Below, piece after piece: positions 28,781-38,206 of a stretch of 64,000 nucleotides of DNA (position 1 is the first letter of the stretch; each line of letters opens with the position of its first letter). The stretch covers positions 1,080 through 65,079 of the forward strand of contig CAUPWE010000004.1 in the NCBI GenBank assembly GCA_963515375.1. Direction: 5' to 3'. The notes beneath the pieces were generated by a model, which saw only the letters and a program-made list of their open reading frames with translations, searched no databases and was not told the origin of the DNA. Made by a program: the position numbers and the translations under genes. Origin of the DNA: an uncultured Candidatus Saccharibacteria bacterium. GTDB taxonomy: Bacteria > Patescibacteriota > Saccharimonadia > Saccharimonadales > Saccharimonadaceae.

Positions 28781-30559
28781 TTACTCCCTCGTTGCCCTCA
28801 ATACTTCCTCAACGGTAGTGATACCGCGTAGAGATTTAATTAATCCATCCATCTGCATGGTTACCATGCCTTCGGAAATTGCTTGATCTTGGATGTCGTT
28901 ACTGGTGGCGTTGGCGGTAATCATTTTTTGAATCGGAATAGAAATACCCAGAACTTCATAAATGCCAACCCGACCCTTAAACCCGTTATGTCCACATTCA
29001 TCGCAGCCGTCGGGATTTGGCCGCCATAGATGCTCGATAGTGATCTCGGTTGAACCCATCGGTGTATCTCCGCCAATTTTATCATCAAAGGCTTGCTGCT
29101 CGAGATTGTGGATTTTTTTAATTGACTCGGTATTTATATTAAACATCTCAGCAACGTATTTTATCTCTTCTTGATTTGGTGTATATTCCTGTCGGCAATT
29201 CATACACAATCGCCGCACCAAGCGCTGTCCAATCACCGCCTTAACCGTCGAAGCGATCAAGAAGGGTTCAATTCCCATATCCAATAGACGCGGCAAACAG
29301 GTGGCTGCGTTGTTGGTGTGCAGGGTAGAAAACACCAAGTGTCCAGTCAGTGCCGCCTGCACGCCCAGATTGGCAGTCTCGCCGTCGCGAATCTCGCCAA
29401 CCATGATGATATTCGGGTCTTGGCGAAGTAGCGCGCGTAGTCCCGAGGCAAAGGTCATGCCAGCTTTGGCGTTAGTCTGGGTTTGGTTGACGCCGGGGAT
29501 TTTATACTCGACTGGGTCTTCAATAGTTGAAATATTAACGTCTGGCGTATTAAGTTCCGACAGCACGCTGAACAGGGAAGTTGATTTTCCCGAACCAGTC
29601 GGCCCAGTCACCAAAATCATACCGTTTGGCTGTGCCATGGCGTCTTTTACGGTAGCTAGCGACAATCCCCAGTAGCCAAGTTTGTCGAGCGAAATTGCCT
29701 GGTTTGACTCGTCCAGAATACGCATCACCACCTTTTCGCCGTCGGCAATTGGCAGGGTCGAGACGCGCAGCGCGTATTGCTTGCCGGAAACTTTTATCTT
29801 AAAGCGTCCGTCTTGCGGCACGCGGCGTTCGTCAATCTTCAGATTTGATAAAATTTTAATACGGCTAACCAATGCGCCGTGAACATTGCGCGGCAGCTTG
29901 TTGACCTCTTTTAATACACCGTCGATACGGTAGCGGACTTGGACGTAATCCTCGCGCGGCTCGATATGAATGTCAGATGCATTGGATTTGATGGCGTATT
30001 CCAGTAACAAATTAACCGTCTGGGCAATCGGTGAATTTTCCGCAAAATCATCTTGGCTAACGTTTTGGTCTTCGGCAGAAGCGTCTTTCTGAACTGCAAT
30101 AACCTCATCTAGCTCGGCGTCAATATTACCACGGTAATTCTCTAAACAGTCCAAGATATTGCTTCTTGTCGCCAGAAAAACCTTAGTGTTGTAGCCGATT
30201 TCCTTCTGAATAAAGTTCAGCGCCTGTACATCATCTGGATCTTCCATCGCCAGCGACAGGCTTTCGTCTTCGTTCTTTTCAAATAGTACAACGTTATATT
30301 GTCTGGCAATATGCTCAGGAATTCTCTTTAAGATTTCATCGGGAATATCTTTTGGGTCAATCTTCGCAAAAGGCACGCCAATATAATCGCTGATTAGCTT
30401 CGTTAAATCCTCTTCAGAAATGGCTTTTTGCTCAATGGCAGTTTCTTGTAACGTTTGTTTTGATCGTTCAGCAATCACTTTCAAATCAGCAAGCTGCGGT
30501 TCATCGACAACCCCACCCTGTTTCAGAATCTTCTCAATTGTTTCGTCTGAAACGCGCAT
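28781..30559 (-). CDS. pilB: Type IV pilus extension ATPase PilB (GspE family)
   Basis: ASDIHIEP, GPTGSGKS, EDPVE, LRQDP, TGHLVFSTLH and Zn CxxC motifs. Confidence 0.96.
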   Translation of the reverse strand: MRVSDETIEKILKQGGVVDEPQLADLKVIAERSKQTLQETAIEQKAISEEDLTKLISDYIGVPFAKIDPKDIPDEILKRIPEHIARQYNVVLFEKNEDESLSLAMEDPDDVQALNFIQKEIGYNTKVFLATRSNILDCLENYRGNIDAELDEVIAVQKDASAEDQNVSQDDFAENSPIAQTVNLLLEYAIKSNASDIHIEPREDYVQVRYRIDGVLKEVNKLPRNVHGALVSRIKILSNLKIDERRVPQDGRFKIKVSGKQYALRVSTLPIADGEKVVMRILDESNQAISLDKLGYWGLSLATVKDAMAQPNGMILVTGPTGSGKSTSLFSVLSELNTPDVNISTIEDPVEYKIPGVNQTQTNAKAGMTFASGLRALLRQDPNIIMVGEIRDGETANLGVQAALTGHLVFSTLHTNNAATCLPRLLDMGIEPFLIASTVKAVIGQRLVRRLCMNCRQEYTPNQEEIKYVAEMFNINTESIKKIHNLEQQAFDDKIGGDTPMGSTEITIEHLWRPNPDGCDECGHNGFKGRVGIYEVLGISIPIQKMITANATSNDIQDQAISEGMVTMQMDGLIKSLRGITTVEEVLRATRE

Positions 30560-30620
30560 AATACTTATGGTTATTGTACTATTGTCGCTAAAAAAAAGCT
30601 AGCATAGTATAATACAAAGT

Positions 30621-31079
30621 GTGAGAATTGATAACGAAGCAAGAATGAAGCAGCTGGGCGAGGCGATCGGCCAGCTGCTTTCTGGCGGTGAAGTTTTGGA
30701 ATTGGTCGGCGATATTGGCGCGGGAAAAACCACGTTGACTAAGGGTATTGCGCGGGCGCTAGGGATTAACGAGCCAGTGCAAAGTCCGACTTTCACGATT
30801 TCACGCGTGTATGATTCGCCCAAAGGGCTGCGTTTGGTGCACTATGATTTTTATCGTTTGAGCGAAGCGGGTATTATGGGCGATGAGATTCGCGAAGCTA
30901 TGGACGATGATTCGGTGGTAGTAGTTGAGTGGGCGGGCGCGGTTGATGATGATTTGCCGAAAGATCGCTTGGTGGTAAAAATTACAACAATTAGCGAGGA
31001 AGAGCGGCTAGTGGAGTTTCATCCCGGCGGTAAAAAGTCAACTGAACTTTGGCAGAAGATAAAGGAGAATCTGGCGTGA
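30621..31079 (+). CDS. tsaE: t6A biosynthesis ATPase TsaE
   Basis: GDIGAGKTT, SPTF, HYDFYRL and VEW. Confidence 0.95.
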   Translation: MRIDNEARMKQLGEAIGQLLSGGEVLELVGDIGAGKTTLTKGIARALGINEPVQSPTFTISRVYDSPKGLRLVHYDFYRLSEAGIMGDEIREAMDDDSVVVVEWAGAVDDDLPKDRLVVKITTISEEERLVEFHPGGKKSTELWQKIKENLA

Positions 31080-31450
31080 TAATTTTATTAGATACATCGA
31101 CGGCAACTTGTTTTTTGACGGTGGTTGATGATGAGGCTCGGCAGGATTTTGAGTGGCAAGCGGGGCGGACATTGGCGCGCGGTTTATTGAAATTTTTGGA
31201 AGAAAAAACCGGCGATTTGCATAATATCAGCGGTATCGGCGTAATGAAAGGGCCGGGCAGTTTTACTGGATTGAGGATTGGACTGACGGTTGCCAATACC
31301 CTGGCGGATAGCCTGAATATACCAATTGTCGGTGCAATGGGCGAAGATTGGCGGGAGATGGCGCTTAAAAAACTGCGCGCTGGCGAGAGTGAGAGAATCG
31401 TTATGCCAGAATATGGCGCCGTCGCTCATATTACCGCGCCGCGAAAATGA
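31076..31450 (+). CDS. tsaB: t6A biosynthesis protein TsaB (short form)
   Basis: LLDTS and GPGSFTGLRIG; GTG start overlaps the tsaE stop. Confidence 0.9.
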   Translation: MIILLDTSTATCFLTVVDDEARQDFEWQAGRTLARGLLKFLEEKTGDLHNISGIGVMKGPGSFTGLRIGLTVANTLADSLNIPIVGAMGEDWREMALKKLRAGESERIVMPEYGAVAHITAPRK

Positions 31451-31474
31451 TTACGGTTATGCTATAATTGCGGC

Positions 31475-32287
31475 ATGACAGAGCGCGCCATAAAACCAAA
31501 ACAGCCCGTAAAACGTAAAAAGAAAGCTATAAAAGCTGCGAAAGTTGATACCCCTCAGCCAAACAGCGCGGCGGAAGCGGCTATTTTTGTTGGCAGTTTG
31601 GGGATGGCGTTGTATGCGATTTTTGTATTTGTAATGTCGGTGGTCGCTGTAGCGTTCAACGACACTGGCGCTAAAGGCGTAGAATTAATTAGTTTTGCGA
31701 TATTCTTGTTTGGGGTTAATATTTTAGCTCAGAGTATTCTCGTGTCTAAAGAGATACGCCGGGTTGATCGTTATGGTCAAAGGATTATTGCTGTATTTAT
31801 GACAATTGCTCCGCTTCTAGTCAGTGTGGTGTTAATGCCGATTGTGTTATTTTATAACTCTAGCGATTGTAAATATGATGAAGCGTCAAGTGTAGTTTGC
31901 GGTATTTTACGCGAGGTGCATTATATAGCGAATATGCAATATGTGTTTGTTATTACATCGATAGCTGGATCTGCTTACTTATGGTTTTTACTAAAGCGTA
32001 AAGATAAATTATTCTGGATATATGATAAATCTCCAAAAAATAAAATTGCCAGTGAAAAAATAATAGAGCGATCAAAAAGTTTTCGCAGAATTGGCATCAT
32101 ACTCATGACTATACCAGTGGTACTTTACGCAATTAAACTAATTGTGACCATATTTGGCGGGTATAATGGCATAGAGGGAAATTTGCTTCAGGCTACTGTG
32201 ATCTGGGTGATTGATTATTTCTTTGCCTCTATGGTTTGGGTAATATTCATTATTGCTGGAATTATATTTTTCATAAAAAGTAAGTAG
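31475..32287 (+). CDS. Hypothetical membrane protein (about 6 TM helices)
   Basis: Basic N-terminus then hydrophobic segments; AT-rich. Confidence 0.75.
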   Translation: MTERAIKPKQPVKRKKKAIKAAKVDTPQPNSAAEAAIFVGSLGMALYAIFVFVMSVVAVAFNDTGAKGVELISFAIFLFGVNILAQSILVSKEIRRVDRYGQRIIAVFMTIAPLLVSVVLMPIVLFYNSSDCKYDEASSVVCGILREVHYIANMQYVFVITSIAGSAYLWFLLKRKDKLFWIYDKSPKNKIASEKIIERSKSFRRIGIILMTIPVVLYAIKLIVTIFGGYNGIEGNLLQATVIWVIDYFFASMVWVIFIIAGIIFFIKSK

Positions 32288-32457
32288 CCGCTCGGTGATT
32301 TTTCTACCAACTTTCCGTGCGAAAACTTCTAAAACCGTGTATAATTAAATTACGGCGGTTTGTAAGTTTTGACTCGCCGGATTAGATAGTTTGAAGTTGA
32401 TTGGCTGTTGATATATTTCCTTGAGGCGAATACTCCGGGGCAGTCGGTCGGAAAGGA

Positions 32458-33954
32458 ATGACAATGATAGAGATAATTATCGCCGCTGCCATTGGAGCTG
32501 GTGCTGGTGTTGGTGGTTTCATGGGTTATCAGCGAACTCGTCAAATTAATGGTAAAAATCAGATTGAGCGTGATTTGGCGGATGCTAAGACGAAGGCTAG
32601 TGATATCGTTTTGAAAGCCAAAGACGAGGCGCTGAAAATCGAGAACGAACGCCGACGCGAATGGCAAAAAACCGAGAATCGCTTGGCTGACCGAGAAAAG
32701 ACGCTTGACAATAAACTAGAGGAATTGGATCGTCGGGCGGAGAAGCTGCGCGCTCATGAGGATGAGGTCGATAGCCTTAAAAATGAGATTCGTGATATCC
32801 GTACGCGTCAGCAGGAAAAACTTGAAAAAATTGCTGGGCTAAAAAAGAAAGATGCTGCTGATAAACTCATGCAGATGACTGAGCGTGATATTAAACAAGA
32901 TTTAGCGGGTCTAGTGTCAAAATTACAACATGACGCAATGGATGACGCTGAAGAGCGGGCGCAAATGATTCTAGTTACCGCCATGGAACGGATGAGTAGT
33001 GAAGTGACAGCCGAGCGTACAGTTACTGCGGTTAAGCTGACTGACGACGAGATGAAGGGCCGGATTATTGGTAAAGAAGGCCGCAATATTCAGGCATTGC
33101 AGCGTGAAACTGGTGTTGATATTTTAGTGGATGACACGCCGGGTATGATTGTGTTGTCGAGCTTTGATCCGATTCGTCGACAGGTTGCTCGCCTAAGCTT
33201 GGAAATGCTGATGAAAGACGGTCGTATCCATCCAGCACGTATCGAGGAAGTGGTCGCTAAGGCAAAAAAACAGATTGATAAAGAAGTCAAGCAGGCTGGC
33301 GAGGATGCGGCACGCGAAGTCGGCGTGGTCGGTATTCCTAAGGAAATGCTGCGAATGCTCGGTGAGTTGAAATTCCGTACTAGCTTCGGCCAGAACGTAC
33401 TAAAGCATTCAACGGAGATGGCACAAATTGCTGGTATGATTGCTGAGGAAATTGGCGCGGATGTGCGTATTACAAAAATTGCTACACTATTGCATGACGT
33501 TGGTAAGGCAGTGACTCATAAAATTGAGGGCAAGCATCATCATATTGGTGCGGAATTGGCACGTAAATACGGCATGGACGAGAGAATTGTACATGCAATT
33601 GAGGCTCATCATGATGACATCGAGGCAACTACGCCAGAAGCGATTATTGTGCGGGTTTGTGATGCAGCTTCGGCGGCGCGTCCAGGTGCGCGTAATGTTT
33701 CAGCTGAGAACTTTGCTGAACGAATGCGCGATTTGGAGAATGTGGCGACCAGCTTTGAGGGAATTGATAAGGCATATGCAATATCTGCTGGCCGTGAAGT
33801 TCGGGTGATTGTTAAACCGCAAACAATTGATGATTTATCAGCAATTAAATTAGCGCGAGACATTGCTACGAAGATTGAGTCGACTATGCAATATCCTGGT
33901 ACGATTAAGGTTAATGTTATTCGCGAAACGCGAGCAATTGAGTTTGCAAAATAA
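32458..33954 (+). CDS. rny: Ribonuclease Y
   Basis: TM helix, coiled coil, KH (KGRIIGKEGRNI), HD (LLHDVGK) and YAISAGREVRV. Confidence 0.98.
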   Translation: MTMIEIIIAAAIGAGAGVGGFMGYQRTRQINGKNQIERDLADAKTKASDIVLKAKDEALKIENERRREWQKTENRLADREKTLDNKLEELDRRAEKLRAHEDEVDSLKNEIRDIRTRQQEKLEKIAGLKKKDAADKLMQMTERDIKQDLAGLVSKLQHDAMDDAEERAQMILVTAMERMSSEVTAERTVTAVKLTDDEMKGRIIGKEGRNIQALQRETGVDILVDDTPGMIVLSSFDPIRRQVARLSLEMLMKDGRIHPARIEEVVAKAKKQIDKEVKQAGEDAAREVGVVGIPKEMLRMLGELKFRTSFGQNVLKHSTEMAQIAGMIAEEIGADVRITKIATLLHDVGKAVTHKIEGKHHHIGAELARKYGMDERIVHAIEAHHDDIEATTPEAIIVRVCDAASAARPGARNVSAENFAERMRDLENVATSFEGIDKAYAISAGREVRVIVKPQTIDDLSAIKLARDIATKIESTMQYPGTIKVNVIRETRAIEFAK

Positions 33955-34481
33955 TGAAATTTACTGACGAGCAGCGGCGAACTTGGTTGGCTAGTTTAGA
34001 TAGGCGTTTTTCCAGTGCGGCAGTATTGATAGAAAACGAGCAGGGCGAATTATTAATCGTCAAATCTGACTACAAAGACCACTGGTCGCTGCCTGGCGGA
34101 ATTGTTGATCCCGGAGAATCTCCCTTGAAAGCGGCAGTGCGCGAAGTTGAGGAAGAAGTGGGAATTCGAATTGAGCCCAAAGATTTACGCCTTGCCATGG
34201 TCGCGTCGCGCCATTCGGATGAGTTTTTAACGCATCAGTTTGTATTTTTTACGCAGTTGGAAAATAACGTCTTGTCTGAAATAAAGCTTCAGGAGTCAGA
34301 AATTGTTTCTAGTAAACTTATTTCTAAGAGTGAAGTTGACTCTGACGACGCGTCGTTATTGTGGGCGATTCGTACTTGGGCGGCTGATAAATTCGGTTAC
34401 GTAAATACGAAAATAATTGATGAAAACGGTGTGAAAAATGAGCAAATAGAGTTTTTTGCGCCAATGTTTGGAGGAAAATAA
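33954..34481 (+). CDS. NUDIX hydrolase
   Basis: Nudix box GGIVDPGESPLKAAVREVEEEVG. Confidence 0.92.
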   Translation: MKFTDEQRRTWLASLDRRFSSAAVLIENEQGELLIVKSDYKDHWSLPGGIVDPGESPLKAAVREVEEEVGIRIEPKDLRLAMVASRHSDEFLTHQFVFFTQLENNVLSEIKLQESEIVSSKLISKSEVDSDDASLLWAIRTWAADKFGYVNTKIIDENGVKNEQIEFFAPMFGGK

Positions 34482-35116
34482 TGGGAACATTAGTTATTAG
34501 TCGACACGGCGAGAGTGAATGGAATCTGCTTGGCAAGTGGACGGGCTGGACTGACGTGGGGCTTACGGAGAAGGGGCGAGCTGACACGGTGCGACTGGGC
34601 GCGCTACTGAAGGATATCAAGCTTGATGAGGCGTATACGTCAGCGCTGCAGCGGACGCATCAAACGCTGGAGGCGCTGCTTGAAGGGCGCGGTATGGGCA
34701 GTTTACCGACGATACAAGCGGCCGAGCTAAACGAGCGTGATTATGGTGATTTGACCGGTAAAAATAAATGGGAAGTTAAGGCTGAGATTGGCGAGGAGGC
34801 GTTCAATGGCATCCGGCGCGGTTGGGATTATCCGGTGCCGGGCGGCGAAACGCTTAAAGACGTCTATGCGCGGGTCGTGCCATACTTTGAGCGAGAAATT
34901 CTACCGAAATTACAGACGGGCAAGAATATTCTATTAGTAGCGCACGGCAATTCTATCCGCGCGCTGATGAAGCGCCTCGACCGCGTACCAGAAGCAGATA
35001 TGGCACATGTGGAAATGCCGTTTGGCCAGCTACTAGTTTATAAATTTGAGTCAGGTCAGCCGATGCCAGTTCATAAGGAAGTTCGCTCAGTTGAAATTGA
35101 TAAAGTGAACGCGTAG
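34481..35116 (+). CDS. gpmA: 2,3-BPG-dependent phosphoglycerate mutase
   Basis: RHGESEWN, TGWTDV, LNERDYGDLTG and AHGNSIR. Confidence 0.93.
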   Translation: MGTLVISRHGESEWNLLGKWTGWTDVGLTEKGRADTVRLGALLKDIKLDEAYTSALQRTHQTLEALLEGRGMGSLPTIQAAELNERDYGDLTGKNKWEVKAEIGEEAFNGIRRGWDYPVPGGETLKDVYARVVPYFEREILPKLQTGKNILLVAHGNSIRALMKRLDRVPEADMAHVEMPFGQLLVYKFESGQPMPVHKEVRSVEIDKVNA

Positions 35117-35425
35117 CTAGCCGCGTAGAATTTCATAGGCGCTCAGTGCTGATAAGAATTGTTGAAATCTAACCGTGTTCTCACCGTGATATGGCCAGGT
35201 AGCGTGATTTAGCCAAAAGCCGATGAGTTTTAGGCAGTGATTTAGATTAATCATATCACGATACAGTGAAATATCGTGGCCGCTTTTATGTAAATCAATC
35301 AACAGGCTTGTAATATCGCTGCCCGGCTCGCCCGGTCCAGACCAACTCCAATCTACTAGCTTGCTGCCATGTTCTGGATGCCAGGCGATGTTTGATTGCC
35401 TAATGTCGTGATGACAAATGCGGTG
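35117..35425 (-). pseudogene. C-terminal remnant of an APH/choline-kinase-family phosphotransferase
   Basis: Open frame CHHDIRQSNIAW...KLVDWSW...SDITSLL...ILRG* with HxDxxxxN and DW motifs; in-frame stop at 35426-35428 and no N-lobe. Confidence 0.75.
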
Positions 35426-35530
35426 TCATTATAATTTCAAGATTGATCTAGGCTGAAGTTGCTAGTTTATTATGTACTTATTTCACGATATATGATAGGA
35501 TAATGAAAGACGGATGATAGTGTCATCTTT

Positions 35531-35607
35531 CGGGGTGTGGCGCAGTTGGCTAGCGCGCGCGGTTTGGGACCGTGAGGTCGAAGGTTCGAGTCCTTTCACC
35601 CCGACCA
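35531..35607 (+). tRNA. tRNA-Pro(UGG)
   Basis: CGGGGTG...CACCCCG-A-CCA with anticodon loop TTTGGGA. Confidence 0.97.
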
Positions 35608-35695
35608 ACTTAATGATCATTCGAAATATTAAAATAGCTGAAAGTTTGGTCGGCTATTCTATTTTTTTAATTTATCTATTATTATATACAGTATC

Positions 35696-35959
35696 ATGAG
35701 TGTCGAATACAACCCATCGCAGAAGAGTAGTGGAGATACCCCCGAAGACGATGATTACCTTCCTCCATATTCGGAGATATTTCGGCCGGGATTGCCTGGA
35801 TCGCGCACGGTTATAGGCGTGGCGCAAATGACATATTATCCACGGACACCAGATTTTGAGGCCGCCATGCTGGAGCACCTTCCATATCTAGACGAAGTTA
35901 CTCCAGATACTGTGAGAAAGTGGCTCGGTCTTGACGATAGCAGTGATAAAGAGAATTAA
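35696..35959 (+). CDS. Small acidic hypothetical protein
   Basis: 87-aa ORF filling the gap between tRNA-Pro and the convergent GT gene. Confidence 0.55.
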   Translation: MSVEYNPSQKSSGDTPEDDDYLPPYSEIFRPGLPGSRTVIGVAQMTYYPRTPDFEAAMLEHLPYLDEVTPDTVRKWLGLDDSSDKEN

Positions 35960-37479
35960 AGCTTATTTACATATAGCCCAATAATCAAATCACCCTCATG
36001 ATATTCCTGTTGTAATTGCCAATATGACGGCACTTGCTTCTTATACTCATCATAAGTTTTTGTGCGTAGAATTAACCAAACTCGCGGACTTTTTATTGTA
36101 TTTAATGAAGTTATTTCTGGAGTATTAAGCTTTTTCATTAGACCCCATTCGCCAACCCAATCCAACTCCTCTGCCGGTTTTAGTAAAATAATTTCCTTAC
36201 CAGAGAGGTTATAGTATGAGGTATGAAAATAGGTGTAGATTTCACCAGAAATAATCGTATCGCTGCCTTTGATGTTTTTATTTATATAACTCATGGCGGT
36301 ATTGGTGTTATTCCAGGACGCTTCTGTAATATTTTTATTGCCGATCTGCCACATATAATGTCCGATGGATAAAATAAGAATAATTGAAGTGCCAAGTTTC
36401 CACCATTCTTTATTAGAGAAGCCACTAGAGAAAATAAGCCCCACGTAAACCGCTAGTAAACTATAAAAAGCTGGTGCTGAGTAAGTAAAATAACGGTCTA
36501 GGTAAATCGGTCGGCCTTGACTGAGGAGATAGACGATAACCATTGGCAAGAATGCCCAGGTTGTCAGCAGCCAAATTGCTGCTTGGTGTTTGCGGAATTT
36601 TCTGACCAATATGAATGACATAAAGACCATCATCGGCAGTAATAGTAAGCCAAAATATTGAACTAGTCTCTCGTCGTATGTTAAGAACATTGATAAGGTT
36701 ATTGGTATGGTAAGCTTGGTGACCTCCGGAATCCAAAACCCGCCGCTTACTCGATTGGTTTGAGAAACCATAACGGGTAGCCATGGCAAAAATAGTAAAA
36801 AGCAAAACCCTCCGGCGAGCCAGATATTTTTATTTTTGGCAATTTGCACTATCGCCGCTCGAGTTCCGCCAAGTTTTAGCCATAAATATACAAAATGTGC
36901 CGGTAGTAGCAATGCCAAAAAATACTGCGTATAAAAGCCAGCTGCTATTAATGCGCCGTAGAGAAACCACCAGTATTTTTTATTCTTTTTCTCAATCGCT
37001 ACAACAAATACATACGTTGCCGCTACAGCTAATAATGCCGCCAATGCGTACATTCGGGCTTCATCGCTATAGCGAATTAGGAATGGTCCTAGCGCTGCTA
37101 AAAACGACCCGAATATTGCAATTCTTTTTGAGAAGAGTTTTTGTAGTAGAAAAAACAACAGAGAAATTGTTGCAACACCACAAACCATACTAAACCCTCT
37201 GAGTGAAACAGCAGAAACACCAAACACTAATTGCCAGACGTGCATAATAACGTAATATAATGGCGGATGAACGTCGGTGGTGGTGATGGTGACAATGTCA
37301 TGAAGTGGTTGCTGGATGATTGCGGCAGTATAGCCTTCATCGTGCCAAATATCAGCCTTCGTTAAATATAGCAGGCGAACGTGGGTAGCTAAAAGTAAAA
37401 TTGGAATTAGCCAAACCCAGCTGGGTATTCTATGAAAAAATAAGTTGAGTTTAATAAGTTGTTTGTCTATGCTTTTCAT
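35956..37479 (-). CDS. GT-C fold (family 39/83, PMT/ArnT-like) glycosyltransferase
   Basis: IWHDE, DVHPPLYY and YSDEARMYAL; multiple TM helices. Confidence 0.9.
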   Translation of the reverse strand: MKSIDKQLIKLNLFFHRIPSWVWLIPILLLATHVRLLYLTKADIWHDEGYTAAIIQQPLHDIVTITTTDVHPPLYYVIMHVWQLVFGVSAVSLRGFSMVCGVATISLLFFLLQKLFSKRIAIFGSFLAALGPFLIRYSDEARMYALAALLAVAATYVFVVAIEKKNKKYWWFLYGALIAAGFYTQYFLALLLPAHFVYLWLKLGGTRAAIVQIAKNKNIWLAGGFCFLLFLPWLPVMVSQTNRVSGGFWIPEVTKLTIPITLSMFLTYDERLVQYFGLLLLPMMVFMSFILVRKFRKHQAAIWLLTTWAFLPMVIVYLLSQGRPIYLDRYFTYSAPAFYSLLAVYVGLIFSSGFSNKEWWKLGTSIILILSIGHYMWQIGNKNITEASWNNTNTAMSYINKNIKGSDTIISGEIYTYFHTSYYNLSGKEIILLKPAEELDWVGEWGLMKKLNTPEITSLNTIKSPRVWLILRTKTYDEYKKQVPSYWQLQQEYHEGDLIIGLYVNKL

Positions 37480-37483
37480 TATA

Positions 37484-38206
37484 TTATCGGGGCAATCTTA
37501 AGGATATATCTCGTGCTTGGCGTGCGAAATTATCGTCAATTTTTTTCACTTGATTTATATCAATTCCGCGCCGCTTTAAAGCTTCATTGATTAGAAAATC
37601 AGCAATTTGCGGATTCTTTGGCAGAATTGGTCCGTGAAGATAGGTGGCGATAATATTATGATAGCGCACTCCCTCATAAGGGTCGCTCATGTTGTTGCCT
37701 GCACCTTTTATTACGTCACCGAGCGGCGTGGTTTCTTTATCCAAAAAGGTTTGGCCACTGTGATTCTCATATCCAACAATCTCGCCAAATTCATGACTTT
37801 TGATAACAATATTACCAATCATTCGCTCATTGCCAGCAATTGTCTCAATTGGTAAAATATTTGCGCCGATAATTTCTTCGCCTTTGAGTGTACGGAAAAA
37901 CCGACCGAATAGTTGGTACATTCCGCAAATCATCAACATCGGTACGCCGCTTGTTGCTAGTTGCTTGAGCTCGTCTGATCGCTTTAGTAGGTCGTTTTGG
38001 ATAATCGTCTGCCCAGAATCTTGTCCACCTCCACCAGTAAAGAGATCAATGTCAGAAAAATTAGTCTTATCGCCTGGATTATGATCAATAATCTCCACCG
38101 TAAAGCCACGCCATTCTAGTCGCTTTTTGAGAGTCAGTGTGTTGCCCCAGTCGCCATATAAACTCATATCTCGTGGATAAAGTTGGGCAATTTTTATCTT
38201 GGTCAT
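37484..38206 (-). CDS. gatD: Lipid II isoglutaminyl synthase, glutaminase subunit GatD
   Basis: LYGDWGN, GGGQD, ICGMYQ, GYENHSG and TYLHGPILPKNP. Confidence 0.93.
   Translation of the reverse strand: MTKIKIAQLYPRDMSLYGDWGNTLTLKKRLEWRGFTVEIIDHNPGDKTNFSDIDLFTGGGGQDSGQTIIQNDLLKRSDELKQLATSGVPMLMICGMYQLFGRFFRTLKGEEIIGANILPIETIAGNERMIGNIVIKSHEFGEIVGYENHSGQTFLDKETTPLGDVIKGAGNNMSDPYEGVRYHNIIATYLHGPILPKNPQIADFLINEALKRRGIDINQVKKIDDNFARQARDISLRLPR

Noticed and set aside
35514..35699. 61-aa ORF (also 42923-43192)
   Set aside because: Overlaps tRNA genes
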